The translations under genes and the position numbers were made by a program. From Rhodothermales bacterium (GTDB taxonomy: Bacteria > Bacteroidota > Rhodothermia > Rhodothermales > VXPQ01): a stretch of 64,000 nucleotides of DNA. Shown here piece after piece: positions 10,557 to 20,422 of the stretch. Position 1 is the first letter of the stretch, and every line of letters begins with the position of its first letter. The stretch is from positions 2,313,584 through 2,377,583 of the forward strand of contig OX638293.1 of the NCBI GenBank assembly GCA_951812335.1, given 5' to 3'. Below the pieces are notes generated by a model. The model was given only the letters and a program-made list of their open reading frames with translations, had not been told where the DNA came from and ran no database searches.

Positions 10557-10665
10557 AGTTCCTCTGATCCGTAAAAAAGGCGTACCGTGCTACGTTCCGC
10601 TCGTTCCGCCTCCGGATCAACATCCATGATCCTGCGCCGGCTGGCGCGACGTGGCGAGAGCCTTG

Positions 10666-10918
10666 GGGTACTCTGATTAAGTCCGCCAAGTTCAGAGACT
10701 GAAAGGGATGCGCCGGCAAGGATGACGAAGCAGTGTTGCAGACCCCACATAATGAGGAATGACGCGGCCAGCGTGCTTCTTCCAGCCTCCCGAAGGACTC
10801 TTCACGCCCGCACTGCCCCGAATCCGCAGCGTTTCCCGCTAATTCCGACGATGCAATTATAATATCTTTTACGTACGAACGTGAAGCGCCGATCGAGGCG
10901 GTTTTGATCAGAGTATCC
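10666..10918 (+). mobile_element. Full copy A of ~253-bp MITE-like structured repeat
   Basis: Ends GGGTACTCTGATTAAGTCCGC and GCGGTTTTGATCAGAGTATCC; homologous to copies at 20171, 21907, 30568 and 49254. Confidence 0.85.
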
Positions 10919-10965
10919 CAAGGTTTCTTCGTACCTTGGAGCATGCCATTGTACAGGTCGTCGCC

Positions 10966-11757
10966 GTGTCCGCAATCATAACCCTTACGACAGACTTCGG
11001 GACGCAGGATGCGTATGTCGGGGCTATAAAAGGCGTCATCCTTCGCCTGTGCCCCAACGCGCGGATTGTGGATATCTCTCATGCGATCGCACCGCAGGAC
11101 ATCATGGAATGCGCCTTCGTGTTGCGTGACGCCGCATGGTGCTTTCCCGCCGGCGCCATACACATGGCCGTGGTGGACCCGGGCGTCGGGACAGACCGGC
11201 GCCCCGTAGCGCTTCGTTGCGGAAAACACTTCTTCACGGGACCGGATAACGGCATTTTTCCGCTGATCCTCGATGGGACGGCGCCCGATGTCTGTGTGTG
11301 CCTCGACCGGCCCGAGTACTGGCGCAGCGATACCCCTTCCAGAACTTTCCACGGACGCGACATCTTTTCGGCGGTGGCGGCTCATCTCGCGAACGGCATA
11401 CCCATAGAACGCCTCGGCAGCGCTATAGAGGAACTCGCGCCCATGAAATGGGCCCTCCCGATTATGGACGATCAGGGCGTACAAGGATGGGTAGTGCATA
11501 TCGACCGCTTCGGCAACTGCATCACCAACATTTCCCGCGAGATGGTCGAGAAAAGGCGAGGAGGTAGACCCGTCAAATGCTTTGCAGGCAACACCATCCT
11601 CGAAGGCGTCCAGCACACGTACGCCTCCGTGGAGGCCGGCGAGCCGCTTTTGCAGTATAACAGCAGCAATTTGCTCGAAGTTGCGGTCAATTCGGGGAAC
11701 GCTGCGGAACTCCTTGGCATCCGCAAGGGCAATTCGGTAAATATCCTCTTTTCATAA
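10966..11757 (+). CDS. SAM hydrolase / SAM-dependent halogenase family (DUF62), most likely SAM hydroxide adenosyltransferase type
   Basis: IITLTTDFG, VVDPGVGTDRRP, GPDNG, TFHGRDIF and IDRFGNCITN. Confidence 0.92.
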   Translation: MSAIITLTTDFGTQDAYVGAIKGVILRLCPNARIVDISHAIAPQDIMECAFVLRDAAWCFPAGAIHMAVVDPGVGTDRRPVALRCGKHFFTGPDNGIFPLILDGTAPDVCVCLDRPEYWRSDTPSRTFHGRDIFSAVAAHLANGIPIERLGSAIEELAPMKWALPIMDDQGVQGWVVHIDRFGNCITNISREMVEKRRGGRPVKCFAGNTILEGVQHTYASVEAGEPLLQYNSSNLLEVAVNSGNAAELLGIRKGNSVNILFS

Positions 11758-11789
11758 AACCTCGGCAGCCGCCTTGCAAACAATCGGGC

Positions 11790-12386
11790 ATGTCTGTTCC
11801 TCCTGAGAACCACCATGCGGGCAATGCGCCAAAGTCGCTTCGCGTGGCCATCCCCGCGCTACTGATCGTCCTGGCGTCCGGCTTGGTCGGATACGGTATC
11901 TCGAACCTCACAAAACGCTCTCAGGAAACGAATCTGGTCTCCTTATCGGCTAAGCAGGCCAGACACGTCAAAGCCGAATTCGAGACTGCCGAATCCGATC
12001 GGGCCGGACGCTATGTGCGTGAATTGTTGGGCCGGCAGATCGACGTACCCGCCATCGAAGACGCCGAACTCACGGGCGTGTCTATCCACGATGCGGGCGA
12101 CGGAGCAAAGATACCCGTCCTGATGTACCGGAACACGGACGAATCCGGCAACATTGTGCTCTACGCCTACTCGTATGCGTTCCTCGACATCCACGGGCGC
12201 CGATTCCAACTGGCCAGCGATGTGCTCGAACGCATCGAAGCGGAAGACCTCTTCGAACTGCGCAATTCCGGCGAAGCGAATGTCCTGATCTGGCGGCAAC
12301 GCGACGACATCTTCATTGCTATCGCGGAGAGCGGCAGCGAAGCGTTAGAAAACCGCATCAGGGCTTTTTCGCAGCCGGCGCCGTAA
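11790..12386 (+). CDS. Single-pass membrane protein resembling the extracytoplasmic domain of anti-sigma factors
   Basis: One transmembrane helix near the N-terminus; VP..L.G..., LMYR, VLYAY and LIWRQ.DD.F pattern recalls anti-sigma C-domains. Family call is tentative. Confidence 0.55.
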   Translation: MSVPPENHHAGNAPKSLRVAIPALLIVLASGLVGYGISNLTKRSQETNLVSLSAKQARHVKAEFETAESDRAGRYVRELLGRQIDVPAIEDAELTGVSIHDAGDGAKIPVLMYRNTDESGNIVLYAYSYAFLDIHGRRFQLASDVLERIEAEDLFELRNSGEANVLIWRQRDDIFIAIAESGSEALENRIRAFSQPAP

Positions 12387-13719
12387 TCCGAAAGGTGCTT
12401 CCTTGATCGGGACGCGATTGCAGCAGCACGAGGCTCCCGCCATGGTGATCCTCAACAATACGCCTGGCCAAGTTCAATCCAAGCCCCCAGCCCCGTTTCT
12501 TGGTGCTATAGCCGGGCCGAAATATGTTTTTCCAGTTTTTCCGATCAATGCCCTTACCGGTATCGCGTATATCTATCCGAATGCTTTTTCCCGCCTGGGA
12601 GGCATGCACATCGATGACGCCGCCGGCCATTTCCATGGCGTCAAGCGCGTTCTTGAGGAGATTCTCTATCACCCATTCGAACAGCTCCGCATTCAGCGGC
12701 GCATACAGCGCCCCGGTGATTTTCACGTTCAACTCGACAAACCCATCCCTTTGGGGGATACGTTTGCGCACATAATCCGCTGCCGCCTCAATAACCGGCG
12801 CCACTGCACCCACCTCGAGTCTTGGCAGAGAACCTATATCCGAAAACCGGGCGGTGACCCGTTCAAGCCGCACCACATCGCGCTCCATTTCCTGCAGCGC
12901 ACCATGCTTCTGTTTACTGGATAAAGCATCCCCCCTGAGTAACTCGACCCATCCCATTAAACTGGAAATCGGCGTACCCAATTGGTGCGCCGCTTCTCTC
13001 GCCATGCCAACCCAGAGACTGCTTTGCTCGCTGCGACGCACATACGAGAATCCGAGATACCCGATCAGGATGAAAAAGGCCACAAAAAACAGTTGCAGAA
13101 AAGGAAAAATTCTGAGCTCTCGAATCAACCTCGAATCGTCGTAGAACACGTATTGTTTGAATGGCTCCGGAGACACGCCATATTCAATAGCGATCGGTTC
13201 GTAATCCTGCGCCATGGCGCGGGCGCGGTCGTTCAGGCTTCGCAGGATCTCAGACCGCTCCTCCTGCGACAATCCCTCGAGCGAATCCGGAACAGGAAAA
13301 GGTACATGCCGCCAGGACACGGGCATCGACTGGGTCGAATCTATGATGATCGCCGGGATACCGAACCCTCCCTGCAATATGATCTCAGTGGCAAGCGTTA
13401 CATCTTCGGCAGGGGGCATGGTCCGGGACCATGCGAGCGCACTACGATACCGCGAAAGAGTCTCGGGAGAAATAGGACCGTTCGGTACAGCGGACTCGAC
13501 CAGTTGTTGCTCTATCTCGGCAAATACCGGCAGGTGCGGATTTTCCCGGGCAGAACCAATCCGTTCCTGCGCTGCCGCCCATAAGTGGATAACGAACTGC
13601 TCGCGTTCGCGCAGACGATCTACGGTCTGGCTGGTGTACACAAGCGAAGCCACCGAAATCATCACGGCCAGTACAACCAGGCCAAGCTTGAATCGTACGG
13701 AATGGCGATACGCCTTCAT
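12358..13719 (-). CDS. Membrane sensor histidine kinase
   Basis: Two transmembrane segments; H-box AHQLGTPISSL, N-box ENLLKNALDA, DTGKG and GWGLGL. No response regulator adjacent. Confidence 0.95.
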   Translation of the reverse strand: MKAYRHSVRFKLGLVVLAVMISVASLVYTSQTVDRLREREQFVIHLWAAAQERIGSARENPHLPVFAEIEQQLVESAVPNGPISPETLSRYRSALAWSRTMPPAEDVTLATEIILQGGFGIPAIIIDSTQSMPVSWRHVPFPVPDSLEGLSQEERSEILRSLNDRARAMAQDYEPIAIEYGVSPEPFKQYVFYDDSRLIRELRIFPFLQLFFVAFFILIGYLGFSYVRRSEQSSLWVGMAREAAHQLGTPISSLMGWVELLRGDALSSKQKHGALQEMERDVVRLERVTARFSDIGSLPRLEVGAVAPVIEAAADYVRKRIPQRDGFVELNVKITGALYAPLNAELFEWVIENLLKNALDAMEMAGGVIDVHASQAGKSIRIDIRDTGKGIDRKNWKNIFRPGYSTKKRGWGLGLNLARRIVEDHHGGSLVLLQSRPDQGSTFRITAPAAKKP

Positions 13720-13763
13720 GGTCAGGCCTCCTGTACTGTTCGATCGCCCCGTACGGGGAGCTA

Positions 13764-15086
13764 TTACCCTCCTGTACCGGCAGGGCGAATATCTACTGTG
13801 TCCAAAACGACAGGCTCCGAAATGATCTGATCCCGCTTGGGACCTGTTGAGATCATGGAAATCCGGACATCGAGCGAGTCTCTCAAAAAGCGCAGATAGC
13901 GCTGGGCGGCCAGCGGCAAATCGTCCATGCGCCTCACGCCGGTAATATCTTCCGACCAGCCTTCGAACGAAGTATAGACGGGTTCAACCTTTTCGAGCGT
14001 TTGCACTTCGCTTGGAAAACGCGTCGTCTCCTTGCCGTCGTACCGATAGGCCGTACACGCCTTGAGCGTGTCCAGCCCCGTCAACACATCGAGTTTGGTG
14101 ATCGCGAGTTCCGTCAGCCCGTTGATCATGGACGTGTAACGAAGGGCCACCAGATCCAGCCACCCGCACCGCCGGGGTCTGCCGGTCGTTGCGCCGAACT
14201 CGTCTCCCACCTCGCGCAAGCGCTCGCCGGCCGCATCGTTCAACTCCGTCGGAAACGGACCGTTGCCCACTCGCGTGCTGTAGGCCTTCACGATACCAAT
14301 CACCGTGTTCACCGCCGTGGGGGGCACACCCAGTCCTGTACAACACCCGCCGACAGTAGGATGACTTGAGGTAACAAACGGATAGGTCCCGAAATCCACA
14401 TCGAGCAAAGACCCCTGAGCCCCTTCGGCGAGGATGCGTTTACCCGCCCGCAAGGCTTGCCCCAGATACTGCGACGTATCCGTAACGAACGGATCAATCA
14501 AGTGATCGAACTCCACATATTCTTCGACGATCTGCTCCACATCGAAACCATCGGTATCGTACACGCCGCGAAGCACCGCGTTTTTTTCCTCGATCGCGCG
14601 TTTGAGTTTGCGCCGCAGCGTATCCCGGTCCAGCAAATCGACCACGCGGATGCCTGTTCGGGCAAACTTGTCGACATAGGCCGGCCCGATACCGCGGCCC
14701 GTCGTACCAATGGCGCCCGCGTCACGCATTCTTTCGCGCGCTTCCTCGATGCGCTTGTGATACGGCATGATCAGATGCGCATCGTGTGAAATAAGGAGTC
14801 GCCCGTCCACATCGTATCCGAGATCGCGGATCATGCGAATTTCTTCCATGATCGCCACGGGGTCCAGTACGACGCCGTTACCGATCACACAGGTCACATG
14901 TTCGTGAAAAATACCGCTCGGAACGAGATGGAGCACAAAAGTTTCGTCCCCCCAGCAGATCGTGTGACCCGCGTTTGCCCCTCCCTGATAACGCGCCACG
15001 ATATCCACGCTCGGGCTGAGGAGATCAACTATTTTGCCTTTGCCCTCGTCTCCCCATTGCGTCCCTATGACGACTGTGACCCCCAT
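13764..15086 (-). CDS. purA: Adenylosuccinate synthetase
   Basis: QWGDEGKGK, QGGANAGHT, EGAQG, GTYPFVTSS, GATTGRPRRCGWLD and KLDVL. Confidence 0.99.
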   Translation of the reverse strand: MGVTVVIGTQWGDEGKGKIVDLLSPSVDIVARYQGGANAGHTICWGDETFVLHLVPSGIFHEHVTCVIGNGVVLDPVAIMEEIRMIRDLGYDVDGRLLISHDAHLIMPYHKRIEEARERMRDAGAIGTTGRGIGPAYVDKFARTGIRVVDLLDRDTLRRKLKRAIEEKNAVLRGVYDTDGFDVEQIVEEYVEFDHLIDPFVTDTSQYLGQALRAGKRILAEGAQGSLLDVDFGTYPFVTSSHPTVGGCCTGLGVPPTAVNTVIGIVKAYSTRVGNGPFPTELNDAAGERLREVGDEFGATTGRPRRCGWLDLVALRYTSMINGLTELAITKLDVLTGLDTLKACTAYRYDGKETTRFPSEVQTLEKVEPVYTSFEGWSEDITGVRRMDDLPLAAQRYLRFLRDSLDVRISMISTGPKRDQIISEPVVLDTVDIRPAGTGG

Positions 15087-15229
15087 TATAATCAAGCCTT
15101 GATTTTGTATCTATTCTTTGTATTCTTCCGAATCTTTAGCAATTTTTTTCAGACTCACAGACAAGCCAAACTGTTTGCATTGCGCATTTAATAGATACAG
15201 CCGCCTGACGACCGGTATGCAATGCCCGG

Positions 15230-15589
15230 CTATGCCGGCGCCGGCGGATCCTCTTCGTAGCTGTGAACGGCTTCGTCAACGGATTCGTAGTGCTTGAATA
15301 CCGTATCGAGCCGGGTAATCGCGAGCAGCGAGCGAATACCGGCGCCCATACCGGCCAGACGAAAATCTCCCCCGGCGTTGCGCATCGTCGTCATGGCGCT
15401 GATCAGCATGCCGAGCCCGCTTGAGTTCATGAACCGGACACTGGACAGATCAACCACAACATGACGCTTGCCCGCGTCTTTTAATTCGTGCAACCGATCA
15501 TGCAATTTCGTGCCGTCGGGGCCACCCAGAATGTTTCCTTCCAAAGCGATAATCGCTAAGCGACCCTGTTCTTCGACATCGTATTTCAT
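15230..15589 (-). CDS. STAS domain anti-sigma factor antagonist
   Basis: VVVDLSSVRFMNSSGLGMLI motif. Confidence 0.93.
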   Translation of the reverse strand: MKYDVEEQGRLAIIALEGNILGGPDGTKLHDRLHELKDAGKRHVVVDLSSVRFMNSSGLGMLISAMTTMRNAGGDFRLAGMGAGIRSLLAITRLDTVFKHYESVDEAVHSYEEDPPAPA

Positions 15590-15644
15590 AAAAACCTCTC
15601 GGGATTCAGCGCCGACGATCCCTGAACGCCTACGCGTCAAACAT

Positions 15645-16556
15645 TCATCTACGAGCAGTTTTCGCCCGCGCCCTGAGTTCTACCACGACCGGAGAAGCCA
15701 CGAAAACGGAGGAATACGTACCGATCGTCACACCCAGAATAAGACCGAATGCGAAGCCGCGCAGCACCTCTCCCCCAAAAATAAAGAGAACAACCACTAC
15801 GAGCAAGGTTGTGCCGGAAGTGACGATCGTCCGGCTGAGCGTATTGTTGATGGAACGATTCACCAACTTGTCGTACGTCTCTGTCTTGAAAAGATTCGAA
15901 TATTCGCGAATCCGGTCGAAAACGACCACCGTGTCGTTGAGTGAATAGCCAACAATCGTCAAAAAAGCGGCGATAAGAGCCTGGTCGATCTGAAGCGAAA
16001 ACGGCAGTACGCCAGCCGCCGCGGAGAAAATGCCCAGCGTGATCGTGACGTCATGGAACAAGGCCGTCACCGCGCCTATGCCAAATCGCCACTCGAAACG
16101 CAGAAGAATATAGACGAAAACTACAAGGAGGCCACCCAGGATAGCCCAGATGGCTCCTTGCTTCAGATCCTCGGCGAAACGCGGGCCTACTACGTCTGTT
16201 TTGACGACCTCCGGATTGGAGCCGGCAAATCCTTCGGCGATGCCTTCCACGATCCGGTTCTGAATGTCCGAAATATCTCCTTCTACGGATGTACGAATAA
16301 GCACCTGCCTTGCACCGAACGTTTTTACCTCCGGCTCGGAGCCCAGCACCGTGGCTAATTGGCCGCGCACTGCTACCGGCTCCAGTTCCATCGGGCTTTC
16401 GACGACAAACTCCATGCCCCCCTGAAAATCAATGCCCAGTTCAAGGCCTCGCACGATCAGCGACCCGATACTCAGCAAGAGCAGAATTCCTGAGAAGACG
16501 TACGCCTTCTTCCGGTTGCCTATGAAATCGAATTTGGTGGTTTCAAAAATTCTCAT
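15645..16556 (-). CDS. secF: Protein translocase subunit SecF
   Basis: GIDFQGG, VGPRFA, FHDVTI, GYSLNDTVVVFDRIRE and TLSRT. Confidence 0.98.
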   Translation of the reverse strand: MRIFETTKFDFIGNRKKAYVFSGILLLLSIGSLIVRGLELGIDFQGGMEFVVESPMELEPVAVRGQLATVLGSEPEVKTFGARQVLIRTSVEGDISDIQNRIVEGIAEGFAGSNPEVVKTDVVGPRFAEDLKQGAIWAILGGLLVVFVYILLRFEWRFGIGAVTALFHDVTITLGIFSAAAGVLPFSLQIDQALIAAFLTIVGYSLNDTVVVFDRIREYSNLFKTETYDKLVNRSINNTLSRTIVTSGTTLLVVVVLFIFGGEVLRGFAFGLILGVTIGTYSSVFVASPVVVELRARAKTARR

Positions 16557-16610
16557 CGTTCTTTCTCTTTCGAAAGCGCGCCTGCGGACGGAGGACGATT
16601 CGGGCTTCCG

Positions 16611-18485
16611 TCATCCGTAACCGATGTTCATTCGCCGCTTGATCACCATATAGTCGAATACGATCCGGGAAACGATAATGGCCGTAAACAGCGACGAAAG
16701 GATGCCTGCCATCAGTGTCACCGCAAATCCCTGAATGGGGCCGACACCAAACGAATACAGAATGGCGCCGACGAAAAACGTGGTCACATTCGCGTCGAAA
16801 ATAGCGCTGAACGCCTTCGAGTAACCGGCATCGATAGCAGCTTTCAGCGTTTTTCCGGTAGCGCGTTCCTCGCGTATTCGCTCGAAGATCAGTACGTTGG
16901 CGTCTACCGCCATACCGATGGTCAGCACGATACCGGCAATACCGGGCAGGGTAAGCGTAGCTTTGAAGGCGGCCAATATTCCGAAGATGAAAATGATATT
17001 GAACAACAGGGCCAGATCTGCAACCAGCCCGGCCGTACGGTAATAGAATATCATGAAAATCGCGACCAGACCCAGCCCCACCATGATCGAAATGAAACCG
17101 GCCCGGATGGAAGCCCTGCCAAGACTCGGTCCAACCGTACGCTCCTCAACGATATCCACCGGCGCGGGCAGTGCGCCTGACATTAGCACCGTGACTATGT
17201 CCTGGGCCTCCTCACGGCTGTCCAGCCCGGTGATAGACGAACGTCCGCCCACGATACGATTGATGACGGTCGGGTACGAATAAACCACCCCGTCCAGTAC
17301 GATAGCAATGTTTTTGTCTACATTCGCCCCGGTCAACCGGGCCCAGGTGCGCGATCCTTCCGAGTTCATCACCATCGTGACTTCCGGAAGATTCAATTCG
17401 TCGAAATCGACGCGAGCCGAGGTAATCACTTCGCCCGACAATTCGATCTGATCCCGAACGCCAAGCAGGTAATACATTTCCAGGCCATCTTCCGTCAGTC
17501 CGACGGGATTCGCTTCGTAAAGAAGGTCCACGCCGATCGGAAGCGCTTCCCGAACGGCGGGAAGCAAGAGCAACTCGCTAACGCGCGCCGTGTCCTGCTC
17601 GGAAACCAGTCCAAAAAGGACCCCCTCCCCGATAGGCTGCATGACTTCCAGCAGTGGATTGACTGGTCCGGTCTCGGGATCGTCAAACAGGTTCGGGTCG
17701 GCAGCAACCGAGTCGGCCTCTGCATCAACCTCTCCTTCCTCTTCTATCGCCGCGTCGGTGGTATCCACCTGTATATCATAATAGGCGATCACCTGCTGCA
17801 AGGAACGCAGTAATTCCTCCGGTTCGGCCATGAGATGAAACTCGAGGCGGGCCGTGCCCTTCAGCAGATTCCGCACGCGCTCGGGATCGTCGATACCGGG
17901 TAATTCGACCACAACGCGACGCGTACCCTGTTTCTGGATGGACGGCTCGGTCACCCCGTAGCGATCCACCCGGTCTCTGATAATGGAGATGGCCCGATTG
18001 ATCGCGTTGTCGGCCTGATCGAGGAGGTATTGCGATACCTCGGCGTTGGTCGACCGGCGTGTAATGCCTGCACCGGAATCCCGAAAATATCGGGACAGAC
18101 GGGCATCGGGATCGCGCCGTTCGAACTCCATCACAAACGCATCGATAATGGAATTGCCCGTTTCATCGGACGACACGCGGGCAGCGGCCAGTACTTCCTC
18201 GAAGGTCCGATCTACATCCGTGGCCAACTCCCGGATCAGCGCGTCGGTCCGGACCTCCATGGTGACATGCATGCCCCCCTGCAGGTCAAGGCCGAGCTTC
18301 AGCGCATCCTCCTTGACGTTTCTGATTATCTGAAGATTCTCCCGTTCATACTCGGCTCGTTCCTGCTCCTCCAGCCCGTTTATCCGCTGCTGGATGAAAT
18401 AATTCCGGGCGGTCGGATAGAGATACCAGGCCGACAGGGCAAAGAAAAATGCGAGCAGGGAGATTTTGAACCCGTTTCCTTGCAT
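16611..18485 (-). CDS. secD: Protein translocase subunit SecD
   Basis: LGLDLQGG, RVDRYGVTEP, VGPSLG, TLTLPGIAG and GMAVDANVLIFERIREE. Confidence 0.98.
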   Translation of the reverse strand: MQGNGFKISLLAFFFALSAWYLYPTARNYFIQQRINGLEEQERAEYERENLQIIRNVKEDALKLGLDLQGGMHVTMEVRTDALIRELATDVDRTFEEVLAAARVSSDETGNSIIDAFVMEFERRDPDARLSRYFRDSGAGITRRSTNAEVSQYLLDQADNAINRAISIIRDRVDRYGVTEPSIQKQGTRRVVVELPGIDDPERVRNLLKGTARLEFHLMAEPEELLRSLQQVIAYYDIQVDTTDAAIEEEGEVDAEADSVAADPNLFDDPETGPVNPLLEVMQPIGEGVLFGLVSEQDTARVSELLLLPAVREALPIGVDLLYEANPVGLTEDGLEMYYLLGVRDQIELSGEVITSARVDFDELNLPEVTMVMNSEGSRTWARLTGANVDKNIAIVLDGVVYSYPTVINRIVGGRSSITGLDSREEAQDIVTVLMSGALPAPVDIVEERTVGPSLGRASIRAGFISIMVGLGLVAIFMIFYYRTAGLVADLALLFNIIFIFGILAAFKATLTLPGIAGIVLTIGMAVDANVLIFERIREERATGKTLKAAIDAGYSKAFSAIFDANVTTFFVGAILYSFGVGPIQGFAVTLMAGILSSLFTAIIVSRIVFDYMVIKRRMNIGYG

Positions 18486-18611
18486 AGCAAGTTTATGGAT
18501 AGATAGTGGAAATTCGGGGCAAGGCGGGAAACAAAGACCATTTCGTATACCGTGCCCTATCGGTTTGTTCCAGTGCGTGCTTCCCGGCGATCATCTCTGC
18601 CAATACATTCA

Positions 18612-20132
18612 TCATGGCGCAATGCGCCCCATGAGCCGCGGAAACGGGATCGTCTCCCGCACGTGATCGATCCCTGCAATCCATGTAAGCATACGTTCGA
18701 GGCCCAAACCGAATCCGGCGTGCGGCACGGAACCGAACCGGCGCAGGTCCAGATACCATTCGAACGCTTCCTTCGGCAACTGGTGCGCGGCAATCTGTTC
18801 TTCGAGAAAGGCAAGGTCCGTCGCTCGTTCGCCGCCTCCTATAACCTCCCCGTATCCCTCCGGCGCCAGCACGTCCAGCGCCATGGCAAGTCGTGCATCG
18901 TCGGGGTCCCGTTTCATGTAGAATGCCTTTACGGCGGCAGGATACCGGTGCACCATGACCGGGCGGTCGAAATGCCAGGTCAATACCGTTTCGTCGCTAC
19001 CCCCGAAATCGGATCCCCATTCGAAGGATCGCGCAGATGCTTTCCATACCGGCAGGTTTTGCAGAGCCTCGGCGATCTCCCCGGTGCGCCGGTGGATGGC
19101 GATCTCGCGGGCGTCCAGGCGCCGCCGTTCGGACTTCTTCGACTGACCGTATCGATTCCGGTTTACAGCGAGTTCTTCCGAAAGCGCCGCGTTTTCTTCC
19201 TCCAGCGCCTGAATCCTGGCAGCCAGCATATCGGCCGTTTCGTCGCTGCGCAGCAATGCAACGGCCTGCGTATACGAAATGCGGGGAAAGGGTTTGCGAA
19301 CGCACTCAAGCCGCGCCGGATCGCGTTCGAGCATCGTCAGTTCCTCGGAGCAATGCTCCAACACTTCCCCGATCGTATACACCAGCAAATCCTCGGCCAG
19401 ATCCAGCGTCGTATCCAGATCGAAGAACGCCATCTCGGGCTCGATCATCCAGAACTCCGTAAGATGACGGCGCGTCTTCGACTTCTCGGCGCGAAATGTC
19501 GGGCCGAACGTGTAGATGCGCCCGAAAGCCATGGCCATCGCCTCTCCATAGAGCTGGCCACTCTGTGTCAGGTACGCCTTCTCGTCGAAATAATCCAGTT
19601 CGAACAGGCTCGACGTGCCTTCCACGGCGTTTCCCGTCAGGATCGGCGCATCCATCTGCAAGAATCCGCGTTCCTGGAAAAACGTGTGGATGGCCACGAT
19701 CAACCGGTTACGAATCCGCAAAATGGCCCAGGGAAGACGGCTGCGCAACCACAAGTGGCGATGCGACATCAGGAAGTCGACCCCGTGCTCCTTGGGCGTA
19801 ATGGGATACCCTTCGGATTCGCCCACGAGTTTCAACGAGGAAACGACCAGCTCGACGCCGCCCGTCTGTCGCTCGTCGGCAATGACCTTGCCGGTCACAA
19901 CAAGGGCGCTTTCCTGGGTGGCCTCGTCCGCAATTCGCCAGGTATCGACATCCACGCTGTCCGCGGCTACGACGCACTGCACCAGTCCCGTACCGTCCCG
20001 CAGCATGAGAAAAAGCAAATGCTTCGAGCCACGCTTGCTGTATAGCCAGCCCTTCAGTATAACCTCCTGCCCCTCGTGCGCAGCCAGTTCCTGAACGGAT
20101 ATATGCCGGAACCCGGCGTCGGCATCGGCCAT
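18612..20132 (-). CDS. asnS: Asparagine--tRNA ligase with a helical insertion
   Basis: OB-fold start (LRDGTG), HRHLWLR, LTQSGQLY, FRAEKSKTRRHLTEFWMIEPE and PHAGFGLGLER. Confidence 0.95.
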   Translation of the reverse strand: MADADAGFRHISVQELAAHEGQEVILKGWLYSKRGSKHLLFLMLRDGTGLVQCVVAADSVDVDTWRIADEATQESALVVTGKVIADERQTGGVELVVSSLKLVGESEGYPITPKEHGVDFLMSHRHLWLRSRLPWAILRIRNRLIVAIHTFFQERGFLQMDAPILTGNAVEGTSSLFELDYFDEKAYLTQSGQLYGEAMAMAFGRIYTFGPTFRAEKSKTRRHLTEFWMIEPEMAFFDLDTTLDLAEDLLVYTIGEVLEHCSEELTMLERDPARLECVRKPFPRISYTQAVALLRSDETADMLAARIQALEEENAALSEELAVNRNRYGQSKKSERRRLDAREIAIHRRTGEIAEALQNLPVWKASARSFEWGSDFGGSDETVLTWHFDRPVMVHRYPAAVKAFYMKRDPDDARLAMALDVLAPEGYGEVIGGGERATDLAFLEEQIAAHQLPKEAFEWYLDLRRFGSVPHAGFGLGLERMLTWIAGIDHVRETIPFPRLMGRIAP

Positions 20133-20170
20133 CAGCGAAAATGTTTAGGCGGCGCACCAGCCGCGTTCAA

Positions 20171-20422
20171 GGATACTCTGATTAAGTCCGCAAAGCTCAG
20201 AGGCTGCGGGGGTGCGCCGGCAAGGAATGCCGAAGCAGTGCGGCAAGCGCCACATAATAAGGAATGACGCAGCCAGCGTGCCCCTTGCAGCCTCCCGAAG
20301 GGCGCGTCACGTCCGCGACACCCCGAACTCGCAGTGCTTCCCCTCATTCCGACGATGGAATCATGATGTCCTGTACTTGCGAACGTGACGTGCCGAGCGA
20401 AGCGGTTTTGATCAGGGTATCC
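20171..20422 (+). mobile_element. Full copy B of ~253-bp MITE-like structured repeat
   Basis: GGATACTCTGATTAAGTCCGC ... GCGGTTTTGATCAGGGTATCC; abuts the stop codon of the GWxTD gene. Confidence 0.88.

Noticed and set aside
10966-11757. Fluorinase/chlorinase (halogenase) call
   Set aside because: It has the DPGVG..R and FHGRD residues typical of DUF62 SAM hydrolases, shows no fluorinase loop insertion that I can see, and is not in a biosynthetic cluster.
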